Of a stretch of DNA of 64,000 bases, positions 40,928 through 55,559 are shown in pieces. The notes under the pieces are model-generated. The model ran no database searches. It was given only the letters and a program-made list of their open reading frames with translations, and was not told where the DNA came from. The DNA comes from Eledone cirrhosa (Eukaryota): positions 14,818,001 to 14,882,000 of the forward strand of contig OZ024754.1 in the NCBI GenBank assembly GCA_964016885.1, in the 5' to 3' direction. Within the stretch, counting starts at the first letter, position 1; each line of letters opens with the position of its first letter. The translations under genes and the position numbers were made by a program.

Positions 40928-41705
40928 AAGTCCCTGGCCTGGCAGTGCTACCGAGGGGCTTTACCCGTTCGAGAAAGGCTCTACAGACACGGGCGCCCGG
41001 GTAGGGACCCCGCCAAAAAGATCTGTCCCAGATGCGTGTGCGACGAGGAAACCGTTGCACACGCATTGGTACACTGCTCGGGCGTAGCCGATCTGTGGGG
41101 CTATGTCGAACAACTGCTGTCAAGGGTGGGACCGATCCGGTTGACCACCGAGTCTATTGTAATGATCAAGCCGCCTCCCCCCTTCAAAGATGAAGCAGAG
41201 GCGGTGTTTCTGTGCGTAATAGCCATGGCGAAAGAGGTTGTATGGTGGACGCGTCTGAAAGGACTGAGGTCAGGCACCTTTCTCTCTGGCCAACAACTGG
41301 TCCGTTTCTTCCGATATCATTTCGGAAGAAGGATCAGGATGGAGAGAGAGGTGCTGCACCCCAGTCGTTTTTATGAAAGGTGGGTGAAAGTGGCGAGAAT
41401 GGCCCGTGTGAATGGGCCTTCTCTTTACATAAGCCTGTAGGTGGAAAAGAGGAAGGAACGAGGGAGCACCCCCTCTCTGTGCTCCTGAGGAAAAGGGTTG
41501 CACACTTTTTTCGGGGGGTGTGTGCGACCCCCCAAGGCGCCTCCTCTCTATTGAGGATTTTGTTATAAATTTTATTTTTTGTTATATCTTATTTTATTTT
41601 TATATTTTGTTATTGCCTCCTCCTTATTGAGGACGCCTTTTTGTGTAAACTCCCCCCTTTGTACTTGTCCCACTTTTGATGCCCTAGTGGCAAATAAAAG
41701 AAACA

Positions 41706-41708
<3 letters not shown>
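40928..41708 (+). mobile_element. 3' fragment of a Tx1/L1-clade LINE inserted in (ATCT)n
   Basis: KSLAWQCYRGALPVRERLYRHG..CPRC..EETVAHALVHC..W is a C-terminal CCHC finger; stop at 41440; 3' end aataaaagaaacat(atct)n. Confidence 0.85.
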
Positions 41709-41744
<36 letters not shown>

Positions 41745-41745
<1 letters not shown>

Positions 41746-42110
41746 ACCTTGGAAGAAGAATCAGGATGGAGAGAGAGGTGCTGTACCCCAGCAAGTTTTA
41801 TGAAAGGTGGGTGAAAGTGACGAGAATGGCCCAAGTGAATGGGCCTTCTCTCTATATCAGCCTCTAGGTTGAGGAAAAGGAGGAGGAGAGGAAAGGAGTA
41901 CAAACTCTTCGTACTACTGGAGATGAGGGTTGCACATTTTTTTCGGGGCTATGTGTTACCCATATAAACTGTCTCCCCCCTATTGGGGAAAATCGATTAA
42001 TTCTTTAAATTGCATTTGTGATAACATTTTACACGTTTTTATTGTATATAAACTTCCCCCTTTGTATTTGTCCCCTTCTTTTGTGCCCTTGTGGCTGATA
42101 AAGAAACATA
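41745..42110 (+). mobile_element. Second, diverged 3' fragment of the same Tx1-like family
   Basis: Homologous to 41320-41708; flanked by (ATCT)n. Confidence 0.82.
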
Positions 42111-42148
42111 TCTATCTATCTATATATCTATCTGCCTATCTCCCCCCC

Positions 42149-42201
<53 letters not shown>

Positions 42202-42240
42202 TGGTGTGGGATGCTTAAAGCGTCCGTATATATATATATA

Positions 42241-42271
<31 letters not shown>

Positions 42272-42558
42272 CTGTGTGTATGTTTGTATGTGTGAGCACA
42301 TTCTTGTTTCCTCCTTTTAATATTTCAAATTCCTACCGTCTACAATGAGCTGATCTCAGACCAAGAAACCTAGTTTCTCTCTCTTTAACAGAATACAATG
42401 ACTGCAGTCAATAAAGATGTTCAAAATATTCGAAGACAATGCATGTTTTTATTGTCTTACTTACAGATTGTAATTGCAGAAAACACAGATTGCGGTTTCT
42501 CTGGCTGAAAAAAAAAATTGAAACTATTTACGTATATTATATGTGTGGTATATATATA

Positions 42559-42640
<82 letters not shown>

Positions 42641-42768
42641 CCACACATATAATATGTATATATATAATATGTATATATATATATATATACACACACATAT
42701 ATATATAAATGTATATATGTATACACATATATATACATATATATATGTATATATACATATATATATAC

Positions 42769-42826
<58 letters not shown>

Positions 42827-42982
42827 ATGTATATATATACATATGTATATATATATATATGTATGTAATATATGTGTATGTATATATATATACATATATA
42901 CATATACACATATATATATACACACGCACACGCACACGTATATATATGAATGTTTATATATATATATATGTGTGTGTGTCTG

Positions 42983-43059
<77 letters not shown>

Positions 43060-43174
43060 ATGTATATATGTATATATATATATATAGTAATAATAATAAA
43101 ATTGAAGACTAAAATCCAAAGAGGGCTCGATAAGGGTGAAAGCAGCGATTCTTTGCTTAAACTTTAATCTGTTA

Positions 43175-43246
<72 letters not shown>

Positions 43247-43254
43247 ACATATAT

Positions 43255-43340
<86 letters not shown>

Positions 43341-43392
43341 TATGTATATATATATATATAATATATATGTATACATATATGTATACATATAT

Positions 43393-43447
<55 letters not shown>

Positions 43448-43450
43448 CAC

Positions 43451-43499
<49 letters not shown>

Positions 43500-43614
43500 C
43501 ATATATATATACATATATATATATATACATACATATATATATATATACATATATATATATATGTATACATATATACACACACATATATATATATATATGT
43601 ATATATATATGTAT

Positions 43615-43646
<32 letters not shown>

Positions 43647-43687
43647 GTATATATATATGTATATATACATATATATACATATATATG

Positions 43688-43718
<31 letters not shown>

Positions 43719-43743
43719 GTATATATATATATATATGTATATA

Positions 43744-43788
<45 letters not shown>

Positions 43789-43868
43789 GTATATATACAT
43801 ATATATACATATATATATACATATATATATGTGTGTATATATATGTGCATACATATATATATATATAT

Positions 43869-43926
<58 letters not shown>

Positions 43927-44409
43927 GCGCGCGCGCGCACAGACATACACGCATAATTTAGGTATAATAATATATATATAGTAAAACTAAGCATAGTAAG
44001 CAAAAATAGATTTAAAGGAAAACGCAATTTTACTTAGATTATAACTGGTAAATTCAATCATAATTGGTTAAACCGCGGTTTCGGGTGACAAACATAAAAT
44101 ATCAACTACCATAATTAAAATAGTTAATTAGTAAATTAAAACAAATCATGTTATTCAGTAAGCATTATCTTATATGTATGAACCCGTAACTCCTGACAAA
44201 GGGCGTTTCTTGGGGCATTTTTAAGCCTGGCAGATTCCACCCCTCTCCTGGCATAAACATTGTCTTTCAAACACTATACTCAGCCTTTACAAAAGAGTTG
44301 AAATAATTTGACTTGTGACAAGAAGACGACGAAATTTACACCCAAAATACACACGTTTTAATTTAAAAACTAACCAGCTGTTGATTAGGCACTATCACTC
44401 TCTCTAACA

Positions 44410-45052
44410 TTCTTCTTCTTCTTCTTCTTCTTCTTCTTCTTCTTCTTCTTCTTCTTCTTCTTCTTCTTCTTCTTCTTCTTCTTCTTTTTCATTTTCTTCT
44501 TCTTCTTCTTCTTCTTCTTCTTCTTCTTCTTCTTCTTCTTCTTCTTCTTCTTCTTCTTCTTCTTCTTCTTCTTCTTTTTCATTTTCTTCTTCTTCTTCTT
44601 CTTCTTCTTCTTCTTCTTCTTCTTCTTCTTCTTCTTCTTCTTCTTCTTCTTCTTCTTTTTCATTTTCTTCTTCTTCTTCTTCTTCTTCTTCTTCTTCTTC
44701 TTCTTCTTCTTCTTCTTTTTCATTTTCTTCTTCTTCTTCTTCTTCTTCTTCTTCTTCTTCTTTCTTCTTTCTTCTTCTTCTTCTTCTTCTTCTTCTTCTT
44801 CTTTCTTCTTCTTCTTCTTCTTCGCCCATTTATTCCTTGGAGGGTGGTGAGGGCAGAGTCCTTAACCCCCCCCCCAACGGAGGGAAGCAACCGTCTCCAA
44901 CTGATCCGGTTGGATCCCCAGGCGTGAACAACCAAACTCATTCATGATGTTACCCAACCATGTTGCCCGGGGTCTACCCCTGACTCTCCTACCCGTTTGT
45001 TTCGCCCATAAAATCTGTCCAACGATTCTTTCCTGAGACATTCTAACCACAT
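44410..45052 (-). mobile_element. RTE-type 3' fragment with expanded (GAA)n tail
   Basis: VVRMSQERIVGQILW..GRRVRGRPRATW; (TTC)n at 44410-44823. Confidence 0.78.
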
Positions 45053-45920
45053 ACCCTCCCCGCTCCGCCTTATCCAGACATCTCCAGTACGAACTCTATT
45101 GTATACGTCATCACCTCATCTGCTTCCAATCACATCTGTTTTTATTGTTGTTATTGTTGTTGTTGCTGTCTGCTGCTCCTATTGCCGTTCTCGTCGTCGT
45201 CATTTCTTCTTCTTCTTCTTCTTCTTCTTCTTCTTCTTCTTCTTCTTCTTCTTCTTTTTCTTCTTCTTCTTCTTCTTCTTCTTCTTCTTCTTCTTCTTCT
45301 TCTTCTTCTTCTTCTTTTTCTTCTTCTTCTTCTTCTTCTTCTTCTTCTTCTTCTTCTTCTTCTTCTTCTTCTTCTTCTTCTTCTTCTTCTTCTTCTTCTT
45401 CCTCCCCGCCCCGCCTTATCCATACATCTCCAGTACGAACTCTATTGCACTTGTAACTGTGGCAAATATATACTAAATATTTTGCTTTATTCTGTGTCGA
45501 GGATCCATTTTTTGTTTTTTTTTGCTTCGTCTCAGTTTTGGTGTGTGTGTGTGTCAGTGTGTGTCAGTTTTGGTGTGTGTGTGTCAGTTTTGGTGTGTGT
45601 GTGTCAGTGTGTGTCAGTGTGTGTCAGTTTTGGTGTGTGTGTGTCAGTGTGTGTCAGTTTTGGTGTGTGTGTGTCAGTTTTTTTGTGTGTGTGTCAGTGT
45701 GTGTCAGTTTTAGTGTGTGTGTGTGTCAGTGTGTGTCAGTTTTGGTGTGTGTGTGTCAGTGTGTGTCATTATGTGTGTGGTGGTGTGTGTGTTGGGGGGG
45801 GGGGGGGTATGCATTTGAATATACGTAGTTGTATGTCACTAATAATGTGAATATGTAAATATTGTATTTGTATATATGTATGCATATGCACGGTTATATT
45901 CGTATGTTTATATATGTCTG

Positions 45921-45959
<39 letters not shown>

Positions 45960-46320
45960 CGCGTGCGTGTGTGTGTGTATTCAGAAGAGATTGTTTTGGT
46001 AAAAACAGGAGCAAACAGGAGAAAAACTCTCAACATTCGTAGTTTGTAGTTACAATGAAAATTCAGTATAAGAACAACGTTAAGAAATCTGCTGATGTTA
46101 CATAAACCGTTTATTCATATGTCTGCCGGGCGCACGAACAGAAAGACGTCTTTTTTTCTGCCTGCAGCATATCACAAAATCGAATTTCATCTGAAGATAT
46201 CGTTCTCATAACAACAACAAATACATGAATTACATCTTGGATTGCAAGAGGCAACTGTTGAAATAATTATATAATAAACGATTTATGTAATATCAGCATC
46301 TTTCTTAATGTTATATATAT

Positions 46321-46371
46321 AAGCTCCTGAAGATTTCATCTGAATGAAACAGTACTAATCCTGTAGAAGTT
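46321..46371 (+). ncRNA. HHR (family D; element 46320-46460)
   Basis: CUGAAGA-uuucaucugaau-GAAA-cag..cug-UA-gaag; weak stem I. Confidence 0.65.
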
Positions 46372-46457
46372 CCTTCTATACAATAAATATATTTTACTCT
46401 GCCATGTATTGAGTACCTTACTTACTGTGGTTATCCCCGACTCAACCCGGGACCTAC

Positions 46458-46504
<47 letters not shown>

Positions 46505-46507
<3 letters not shown>

Positions 46508-46965
46508 GATATTAAACAAATGGAAACTATATTTATAAAACCATATTTATTTCGTTATATATATTTCTGGGATATCATATTAAAAATATGGTATGCCTTC
46601 CTCAGACAAAATACAATATATAAGCTGTTTTATAAATAATTTTGACATACCTTAGAATAATGCAACTTCCATTTAAAAAGTTGATTTGCTACCAAATCAA
46701 CTTTTTAAATGGAAGTTGCATTATTCTAAGGTATGTCAAAATTATTTATAAAACAGCTTATATATTGTATTTTGTCTGAGGAAGGCATACCATATTTTTA
46801 ATATGATATCCCAGAAATATATATAACGAAATAAATATGGTTTTATAAATATAGTTTCCATTTGTTTAATATCGTAAACCTACTCCAAAAACTGTTGAGT
46901 GCTTTTATATCAGTTATAAAATATTTACTCGTTGTAACCCAACAATTTTAAATAAATCTTTTGCA
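46505..46965. mobile_element. Family A head-to-head insertion: ~184-bp inverted arms, HHRs at 46548-46613 (-) and 46768-46833 (+)
   Basis: Arms 46505-46688 and 46693-46876 with a 4-nt loop; core CUGAGGA..GAAAuauauaUA; tail only on the right arm. Confidence 0.9.
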
Positions 46966-47203
46966 TATATATATATATATATATATACATGTGTGTGTCT
47001 GATGGTAGCTATATATATATATATACGGGATAACAAGTTATCGTTATAGGCAATCCACTTAGAGGTAGTCCACCTAGAGTACTCCGTGTTATGGATGGTA
47101 TTAACGTATGGCTTAGTTTGACTCAACAAGACGCTTCCATGGTGATGCAGCGAGTTCACGGTGATTTCTCTATATTATATATATATATATATATAATATA
47201 TAT

Positions 47204-47246
<43 letters not shown>

Positions 47247-47249
<3 letters not shown>

Positions 47250-47462
47250 GAACGATCGACTTTCGTCAAATCGGACCGAGGGAACAATGTTTCCGTTGGT
47301 ATTTCCAATTGCTAATACTATCTATCGGTCACAACTCCAGGTAGAAGGAGCAACGTGAAATAAAGTGTCTTGCTCAAGGACATAACGCATCGCCTGGTCC
47401 AGGAATCGAACTCACAACCTTACGATTGCGAATCCAATTCTCTAACCACTCAGCCACACGCC

Positions 47463-47465
<3 letters not shown>
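47247..47465 (-). mobile_element. SINE S2
   Basis: Near-identical reverse complement of 17227-17446. Confidence 0.9.
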
Positions 47466-47505
<40 letters not shown>

Positions 47506-47587
47506 AAAAATGGAAAGGGAACAAAACAGAGAGGCAGTACGAACAAAGGTTTATTAGTTTCACGCTCTTGAGAGTGGAGGGGTGATA

Positions 47588-47624
<37 letters not shown>

Positions 47625-47919
47625 ACACACACACACATATCCATATATACATTCTTGAATAAGTGCATACGTGTATACATACATAATACGCGCTTATGAG
47701 TGTTTTGCATATTCGTGTGTGTTTGTGTGAGCGAACTTGTGCGTGTGTTTATGTGAGTTTGTGTGTCTGTACGCTTGTGTATGTGAGGGGCATATTTTCT
47801 TGCATCTTTGTTTCACACCATTAGCTACACAGCAGTCCAAGTACATACCTAGGCAGTGTTCTCTTCGTTCTTGTTGTCGTAAACATTTAAATTACTTTAG
47901 CAAATACAGTAAGACTGTT

Positions 47920-48730
47920 CATCATCATCATCATCATCGCTGAAAGTTCATTTTCCACCTTGGCATGGGTTAGACGAGTTGCCCCATTGGAGACTAGACA
48001 GATTACATGACTGTCTATTGCTCATACACAACAGTTTCTGGCCAGGTTTCTACGGCTAGATGCCCTTCCTAACAGCAAACCACATATGCAGTGTGGACTG
48101 GGTGCTTTTTGTCGTGATACCTACACGACTACTTTACAGTGTGGACTGGGTGCTTTTTGTCGTGACACCTACACGACTACTTTATAGCGTGGACTGGGTA
48201 CTTTTTGTCGTGACACCTACAGAACCAATTTACAGTGTGGACTGGGTACTTTTTGTCGTGATACCTACAGAACCAATTTACAGTGTGGACTGGGTACTTT
48301 TTGTCGTGACACCTACAGAACCAATTTACAGTGTGGACTGGGTACTTTTTGTCGTGACACCTACATGACTACTTTATAGTGTGGACTGGGTACTTTTTGT
48401 CATGATACCTACACGACCACTTTATAATGTGGACTGGGTACTTTTTGTCGTGACACCTACATGACTACTTTATAATGTGGACTGGGTACTTTTTGTCATG
48501 ATACCTACACGACCACTTTATAATGTGGACTGGGTACTTTTTGTCATGATACCTACACGACCACTTTATAGTGTGGACTGGGTACTTTTTGTCATGATAC
48601 CTACACGACCACTTTACAGTGTGGACTGGGTACTTTTTGTCGTGACACCTACATGACCACTTTACAGTGTGTACTGGATACTTTTTGTCATGATACCTAC
48701 AGAACCACTTTACTATGTGGACTAGGTGCT
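47920..48730 (-). mobile_element. Related RTE 3' UTR expanded into a 48-bp minisatellite (48091-48730, ~13 units)
   Basis: (CAT)n, atgcccttcctaac, then repeats of gtgtggactgggtactttttgtcgtgacacctac. Confidence 0.82.
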
Positions 48731-49176
48731 TTTTATCACTTTTTTGTGTTACTTCCGCCTGTTACCACTTCCACTTGTCATTTCTGGATACGATTTGGTA
48801 CCGAGCAGACGTACCCCCCCCTCTCTCTCTTTCTTCGATTTATCTACCTACCTATCTATTTGTTCATTTTCGCAGGTACACAACATACGAGCAGAAATAC
48901 TTAATTTCTGTTGCACGAGCCGGCAATTATATATCCCTCTATTTCAATTATATACCCTCTATTTTAAATCACGTGAAACTGCATGCCGGTACGAGAGCTG
49001 ACGACGTAATACAATCTTGTGTGACTTTGTCTCGTTCATTTCCATTCTTCCATCTTCTCCGCCTGCTTCTCTCTACCAATTCTCCAGATCTCCAGCACTC
49101 TTCTAGCATGTTATTCCTGTCCTTTGAGGACATTTTGCTGTTTTGGCAGTTTTCTTTGTATTTAATTTCTCCTTGT

Positions 49177-49210
<34 letters not shown>

Positions 49211-49225
49211 GAGAGAGAGAGAGAT

Positions 49226-49426
49226 AACAAAGAGGGTGTGGTAAGATACCAGGTGGACCATAACGCACCAGGGTAATCGATACTTAGGGTAGTAGAGTGG
49301 GTAATATGAAAAGATTCAGGACCCCGACGGCAGAGCTCCGGACGTTTCGACAGCTAGATCCGAACTCAGTTCGGATCTAGTTGTCGAAACGACCGGAGCT
49401 CAGCCGTCGGATCCTGAATCTTTTCA
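49226..49426. mobile_element. Diverged family E 3' fragment with inverted arm
   Basis: gtggtaag..ggaccataacgcacc..agagctc..gtttcgac, followed by an inverted copy. Confidence 0.8.
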
Positions 49427-49442
49427 TATATATATACATACA

Positions 49443-49561
<119 letters not shown>

Positions 49562-49858
49562 CCAACAATCTACACACACAGAATACATTATGTTATAAAC
49601 ATTATAATCACAGCCACACTCTCAATAAGCTATATTTGAAAGGCAATATCCAAGTAAACACACCCCAGCCCCACCTTATCGTGATAGCTGATAATATTCT
49701 GTAACAATATCGTGATAGCTGATAATATTCTGTAACAAATACCACTGCAATACTAGCTAGGTTTTATAGTTTCTCTTATTTTTATCTGTTGCTGCTGATG
49801 GCGGTGGATTAAGATGCTGACGATGGTGATCACCACCACCACCACCACCACCACCACC

Positions 49859-49892
<34 letters not shown>

Positions 49893-50336
49893 TCGCCATT
49901 CTCCTCCCCGCCGCCACCATTTTAATGCATGTCTCCGTAAGTTTCACCATTTGTTTTTCATTTTTGCCCTAGAAAGGATCCGCATACATTATTTTAGTTG
50001 CATTTTATTTATTTTACTTTATTTTATTTTATTTTATTTTATTTTATTTTTTGTTGTTGTTGAAAGTTTTGTAGTAGCACTGACCTGCAATATAGGGTCG
50101 TGGTTTATTCCTCTTTAATAACGTCCTACATGGGGGCTTATCCTTGTTGGGTCATATTGCTTTTCAAGAATATTGAGGTAAATATGATTTTCACATGAAT
50201 GTTATAGTCAGTCGGTGGTCCTAAACACAATCACCAGTTAATATGACTGTGTGACCCCAACCCCCAACGGTTGAACTTGTCTGGAATGCATGCTTTTTAG
50301 CTTCTTCTGGAAGGGTACAGGTTTGATGGTCTAGAG

Positions 50337-50613
50337 CAGCGTTTCTCAACCGGTGTTCCCCGGAACCATAGGATTCCGCAAGAGGTCGCTAGGGGTTCCG
50401 CGAGAACCAGTGATAAATAAACTAATGTATTTTAAAAAGTAATTTTACTATACATTCACGGCATATTGTCGGAAAACCCTTGTTTATTTTAAGAAAGGCT
50501 TCAACCTCTTATATTATTTAAAACTAGGTCAATATAAAAGATAGATATTAATAATGGTATATAATAATTTTTATGTAGGGGTTCCACAGGGGTAAAAAGG
50601 TTGAGAAACGCTG
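50337..50613. mobile_element. hAT (Charlie-like) MITE, 277 bp
   Basis: 15-bp TIR cagcgtttctcaacc; perfect 8-bp TSD gtctagag. Confidence 0.93.
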
Positions 50614-50955
50614 GTCTAGAGATTTATCTGTTACCAACATCTCCTTTGTGGGTGTCACCGATGCTGTTGCTGATGATGTACAATCTCGCATAGAAGGTGA
50701 GCTACCTGTCAGGATTTTTGGAATACTACAATGAGAAATGCGGTCGTCTTCTGCAACGGACTGTAGCTTTCGGTCAAACGCAAACCGAGATGCGTAGACA
50801 GCTCAAATATGAATCATTGCCTATTGGAGACAGGGTATACAGGCACCCGAGTGCCAATAGCCTAAGATACACCCAGAGAGAAAACAATATAAACCTGTTA
50901 ATACTTTCTTTTGCCTCTGGTGCGTTTGGGTAACACATTATTTCTACCGTAAGCG

Positions 50956-51150
50956 TAAGGCGGTGGATTGGCAGTATCGGTAGAGAGTCGGACTCCATGC
51001 TTTGACGCATAGAGTTACGGCCCTTGCCATTCTGAGTTCAAATTCCGCCGAGGTTAACTTTGCTTTTCATCTTTACGGGGTCGATAAAATAAAGTACCAG
51101 TAATGCACTGGGGTAATTGCTGGCCTTGTGCCAAAAATAGAAACAATTAA
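50956..51150 (+). mobile_element. SINE S1, full length
   Basis: agggcggtggattggcagtatcggtag...ctgagttcaaattcc...tagaaacaatt. Confidence 0.9.
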
Positions 51151-51707
51151 TTCTACTGTAACCCACAGAAACGCTGCATTCTTAGATCTTTGCTTATTTT
51201 TATAGTTTTTCTTAATGTGTCAATCCATTTATTTTCCAACCCACTAAGTTTGGAATCAACCGTTTGAAGAACCCTGCGTCAGGGTATTCCAGAACTTTGT
51301 ATGGAGGTATTTTTCCCCAAATCACCCTAAATAGTTTTTTCCCTAATTGGGGGACCATTTTCATGATTCCGACATATTTTTGCTCAGGGTTTTGTTCGTT
51401 TACTCACCTTAACGTCTTGGGGCCTTATGGTTAATAGTAGAAATCATTGACGATGTAAAATATCCTCCTCTTCTTACTCCTCCTCCGCCTCCTCCTCCTA
51501 TAATTTTATCATCAACATTATTATCACTACTACCACCACCACCACCACTACTACTACTACTACTACTGCTACTGCTACTACTACTACTACAACTACTACT
51601 ACTACTACTACTGCTACTACTACTACTACTACTACTGCTGCGCCTGCTGCTACTACTACTACTACTACTGCTGCTGCTACTGCTACTACTACTACTACTA
51701 CTACTGA

Positions 51708-51761
<54 letters not shown>

Positions 51762-51833
51762 TAGTACATTAAACGAGATGCGCAAGTTTCAATATCTAGG
51801 AAAGAGAGAGAAAGAGAGAGAGTGAGAGAGTGA

Positions 51834-51898
<65 letters not shown>

Positions 51899-52019
51899 TG
51901 AGAGAGTGAGAGAGAGAGAGAGAGAAAGTTGGCATCTATAGTAAAATGTTAAAGTATTTATAGAATTGTCTAGAATTTAAGCGTAACGGGTATCTTTGGA
52001 GGAGGGTACCATTTGTATG

Positions 52020-53278
52020 AGTGTGTGTGTAGGTGTGTATGTCAGTGTGTATGGAGTTCTGTGTGTAGGTGTGTATGTCAGTGTGTATGGAGTGGTGTGT
52101 GTAGGTGTGTATGGAGTGGTGTGTGTAGGTGTGTATGTTGGTGTGTATGTAGGTGTGTTTGTAGGTGTGTATATAGGTGTGTATGTAGGTATGTATGTAG
52201 GTGTGTATGTAGGTGTGTATGTAGGTGTGTATATAGGTGTGTTTGTAGGTGTGTATGTTGGTGTGTATGTAGGTGTGTATGTAGGTGTGTATGTAGGTGT
52301 GTATGTAGGTGTGTATGTAGGTGTGTATGTTGGTGTGTATGTAGGTGTGTATGCAGGTGTGTATGCTGGTGTGTATGTAGGTATGTATGTAGGTGTGTAT
52401 GTTGGTGTGTATGTTGGTGTGTATGTTGGTGTGTATGCAGGTGTGTATGTTGGTGTGTATGTAGGTGTGTATGTAGGTGTGTATGTAGGTGTGTATATAG
52501 GTGTGTTTGTAGGTGTGTATGTTGGTGTGTATGTAGGTGTGTATGTTGGTGTGTATGCAGGTGTGTATGTAGGTGTGTATGTAGGTGTGTATGTAGGTGT
52601 GTATGTAGGTGTGTATGTTGGTGTGTATGTAGGTGTGTATGTAGGTGTGTATATAGGTGTGTATGTTGGTGTGTATGTAGGTGTGTATATAGGTGTGTAT
52701 GTAGGTGTGTATGTTGGTGTGTATGTAGGTGTGTATGTTGGTGTGTATGTTGGTGTGTATGTTGGTGTGTATGTTGGTGTGTATGTTGGTGTGTATGTAG
52801 GTGTGTATGTCGGTGTGTATGTAGGTGTGTATGTAGGTATGTATGTTGGTGTGTATGTAGGTGTGTATGTTGGTGTGTATGTAGGTGTGTATGTTGGTGT
52901 GTTTGTAGGTGTGTATGTTGGTGTGTATGTAGGTGTGTATGTAGATGTGTATGTAGGTGTGTATGTAGGTGTGTATGTAGGTGTGTATGTAGGTGTGTAT
53001 GTTGGTGTGTATGTTGGTGTGTATGTAGGTGTGTATGTAGGTGTGTATGTAGGTGTGTATGTAGGTGTGTATGTAGGTGTGTATGTTGGTGTGTATGTTG
53101 GTGTGTATGCTGGTGTGTATGTTGGTGTGTATGTAGGTGTGTATGTAGGTGTGTATATAGGTGTGTATGTAGGTGTGTTTGTAGGTGTGTATGTCGGTGT
53201 GTATGTAGGTGTGTATGTAGGTGTGTATGTTGGTGTGTATGTAGGTGTGTATGTAGGTGTGTATGTAGGTGTGTATGT
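52020..53278. repeat. 12-bp minisatellite gtaggtgtgtat
   Basis: Tandem array. Confidence 0.96.
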
Positions 53279-53556
53279 TTTAATCTAACTCTGGATTGGA
53301 ATGGAGCTCCGCTGATTTTGACGAGTGTTTCCTTGGGAGTTCGATCAACAGAAAGGCCTGCTTGTGAAGTTAATGTGCGACGGATGAGTATTCGCAACGA
53401 CAATAACTATAAAGTGGACTGAGGGACATGCAAGGAATCGATTTTTTTCAATAATTATTTATGGTGATTGACTATTATTATGGAAAAAGAGAGAGAAAGA
53501 AAGGCGAGAAGTGAGTAAGCTATATACAAGAGACCTCAGTATTGAGTGCTACATTA

Positions 53557-53595
<39 letters not shown>

Positions 53596-53599
53596 ATAT

Positions 53600-53737
53600 A
53601 ACAAAGGTATTGTGGTGAGGAACCAGATGGACCATAACGATCCAGAGTACTCAATACTTAGTGTAGTAGAGTGGGAAATAGGAAAAAGTATGACCCCGAC
53701 GGCAGAGCTCAAGCCGTTTCGACGGCTATTTCTGGAC
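53600..53737 (-). mobile_element. Family E 3' fragment (further pieces at 55067-55137 on - and 61739-61796 on +)
   Basis: Direct homology to 16209-16350. Confidence 0.85.
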
Positions 53738-53863
53738 ATGAAAACAGGGAGAAAGAGACGATTATGAGGAAGAAAAATATATTCTTTTCCTTTTTTGTAT
53801 ATATATATATATATATATATATAAGGGTATGTTAATATTTATTTATAAAACTGCTCTATATTA

Positions 53864-53928
53864 TATTTTATCTGATGAAAGCACACCATAATTTTACTTG
53901 GTGTCCTTGAAATATGTATAATGAAATA
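53864..53928 (+). ncRNA. Minimal type I HHR (family A; element 53823-54045)
   Basis: CUGAUGA..GAAAuauguaUA with stem I uauuuuau/augaaaua. Confidence 0.82.
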
Positions 53929-54044
53929 AATATGGTTTTATAAATATAGTTTCCATTTGTTAATATCGTATTATTTGTTGAGTGCTTTATATCAGTTATA
54001 AAAATATTTGCTTGTTGTATCCCAACAATTTAAATAGAACTTTT

Positions 54045-54161
<117 letters not shown>

Positions 54162-54167
54162 GAGAGA

Positions 54168-54905
54168 GAGATTACAGTAATCAATTTAAGTCATTTATTT
54201 GCTTACAATTGTTTCCTCCAAACCGAGGTTTGGATTCTTCGAAGCGGTTATTTATAACATACTTGACCTCCTTTTCAACCCAAGAGACACATAAAACATA
54301 TGCGCATATTGATCAACAGTGGGGTGACATTCATCAAATGAAATAGCATGGCAATTTAGATATAAAGTGTTACATGATAAAAATAAAATAAAATAAAAGC
54401 AAGAGTGAAAATAAAGATAAACATGAAGCGTTGGCAGTCTATGAAGATAAAGCAAGAGGAAAGCTTAGAGTAGTCAGTGCATGAAGCAATCTCCCGTGTA
54501 GCATGCACGCTTGTCTTATCTATACATGATTAGAGTGCGTCAGAATGATATTTGCAGGGTCAGGCAGTTGAAGCAGGCAATCGATCTTATAATATAGGCT
54601 GAATTATTAAGTCTCTTGGGTTGAAAAGGAGGTCAAGTATGTTATAAATAGCTGCTCCGAAGAATCCAAACCTCGGTTTGGAGGAAACAATTGTAAGCAA
54701 ATAAATGATTTAAACTGAACTTTGATTACTGTAATCTCTATATAACTGCTCTGTATAACAACTGATGTTATTACATTGAGCTATTTAACTTACTGGTAAT
54801 AGGATAGTAATTAAAGACTATCTCTCACTATTTAGGGTTTGTGTATATATAATATATTACCATCAAAGGTTTTATTGCATACATAACCATAAATAGTACC
54901 CTTAA
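54168..54905. mobile_element. Family M head-to-head insertion, HHR at 54653-54699 (+) with core CCGAAGA
   Basis: ugcu-CCGAAGA-auccaaac cucg guuuggag-GAAA-caauug-UA-agca; inverted arm 54168-54287. Confidence 0.8.
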
Positions 54906-54907
54906 TA

Positions 54908-54978
<71 letters not shown>

Positions 54979-55010
54979 ACATATATATACATATATATAT
55001 ATATATATAA

Positions 55011-55067
<57 letters not shown>

Positions 55068-55158
55068 ACGGAGGAAATGTTGTAAGGAACCAGGTGGACC
55101 ATAACGCACCAAAGTACTCAATACTTAGGGTAGTAGAATATATATATATATATATATA

Positions 55159-55354
<196 letters not shown>

Positions 55355-55484
55355 TTACGGTAAATATTGATGCAATTGAAGTCGATCAGTCAACGCACTA
55401 CTTTTTCCACATAGGAGTGACGGAGTATATTTAGAATAAGAAAATGCGAAGTTGTTTCAGATGTTAAAGTCCTTTAATGATAAT

Positions 55485-55559
55485 GCTGTGATGCATATTT
55501 CAATGATGTCAGCGGCCACACGATTCCGTGTACCCAGTGCCGTGACATCATCAGACAGC
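55485..55559 (-). ncRNA. HHR-like fold (insertion ~55355-55800)
   Basis: gcugu-CUGAUGA-uguca..ugaca ucauu-GAAA-uaugca-UC-acagc; an alternative pairing could sequester the core. Confidence 0.6.

Noticed and set aside
44066-44200. GAAA-CCGCGG-UU half-hammerhead on the minus strand (similar half at ~24625-24640)
   Set aside because: No recognisable 5' core or stem I partner could be placed.
50085-50125. Possible 41-bp minus-strand exon, plus a donor-like site near 51408
   Set aside because: Cannot be joined in frame to neighbouring candidates without stops.
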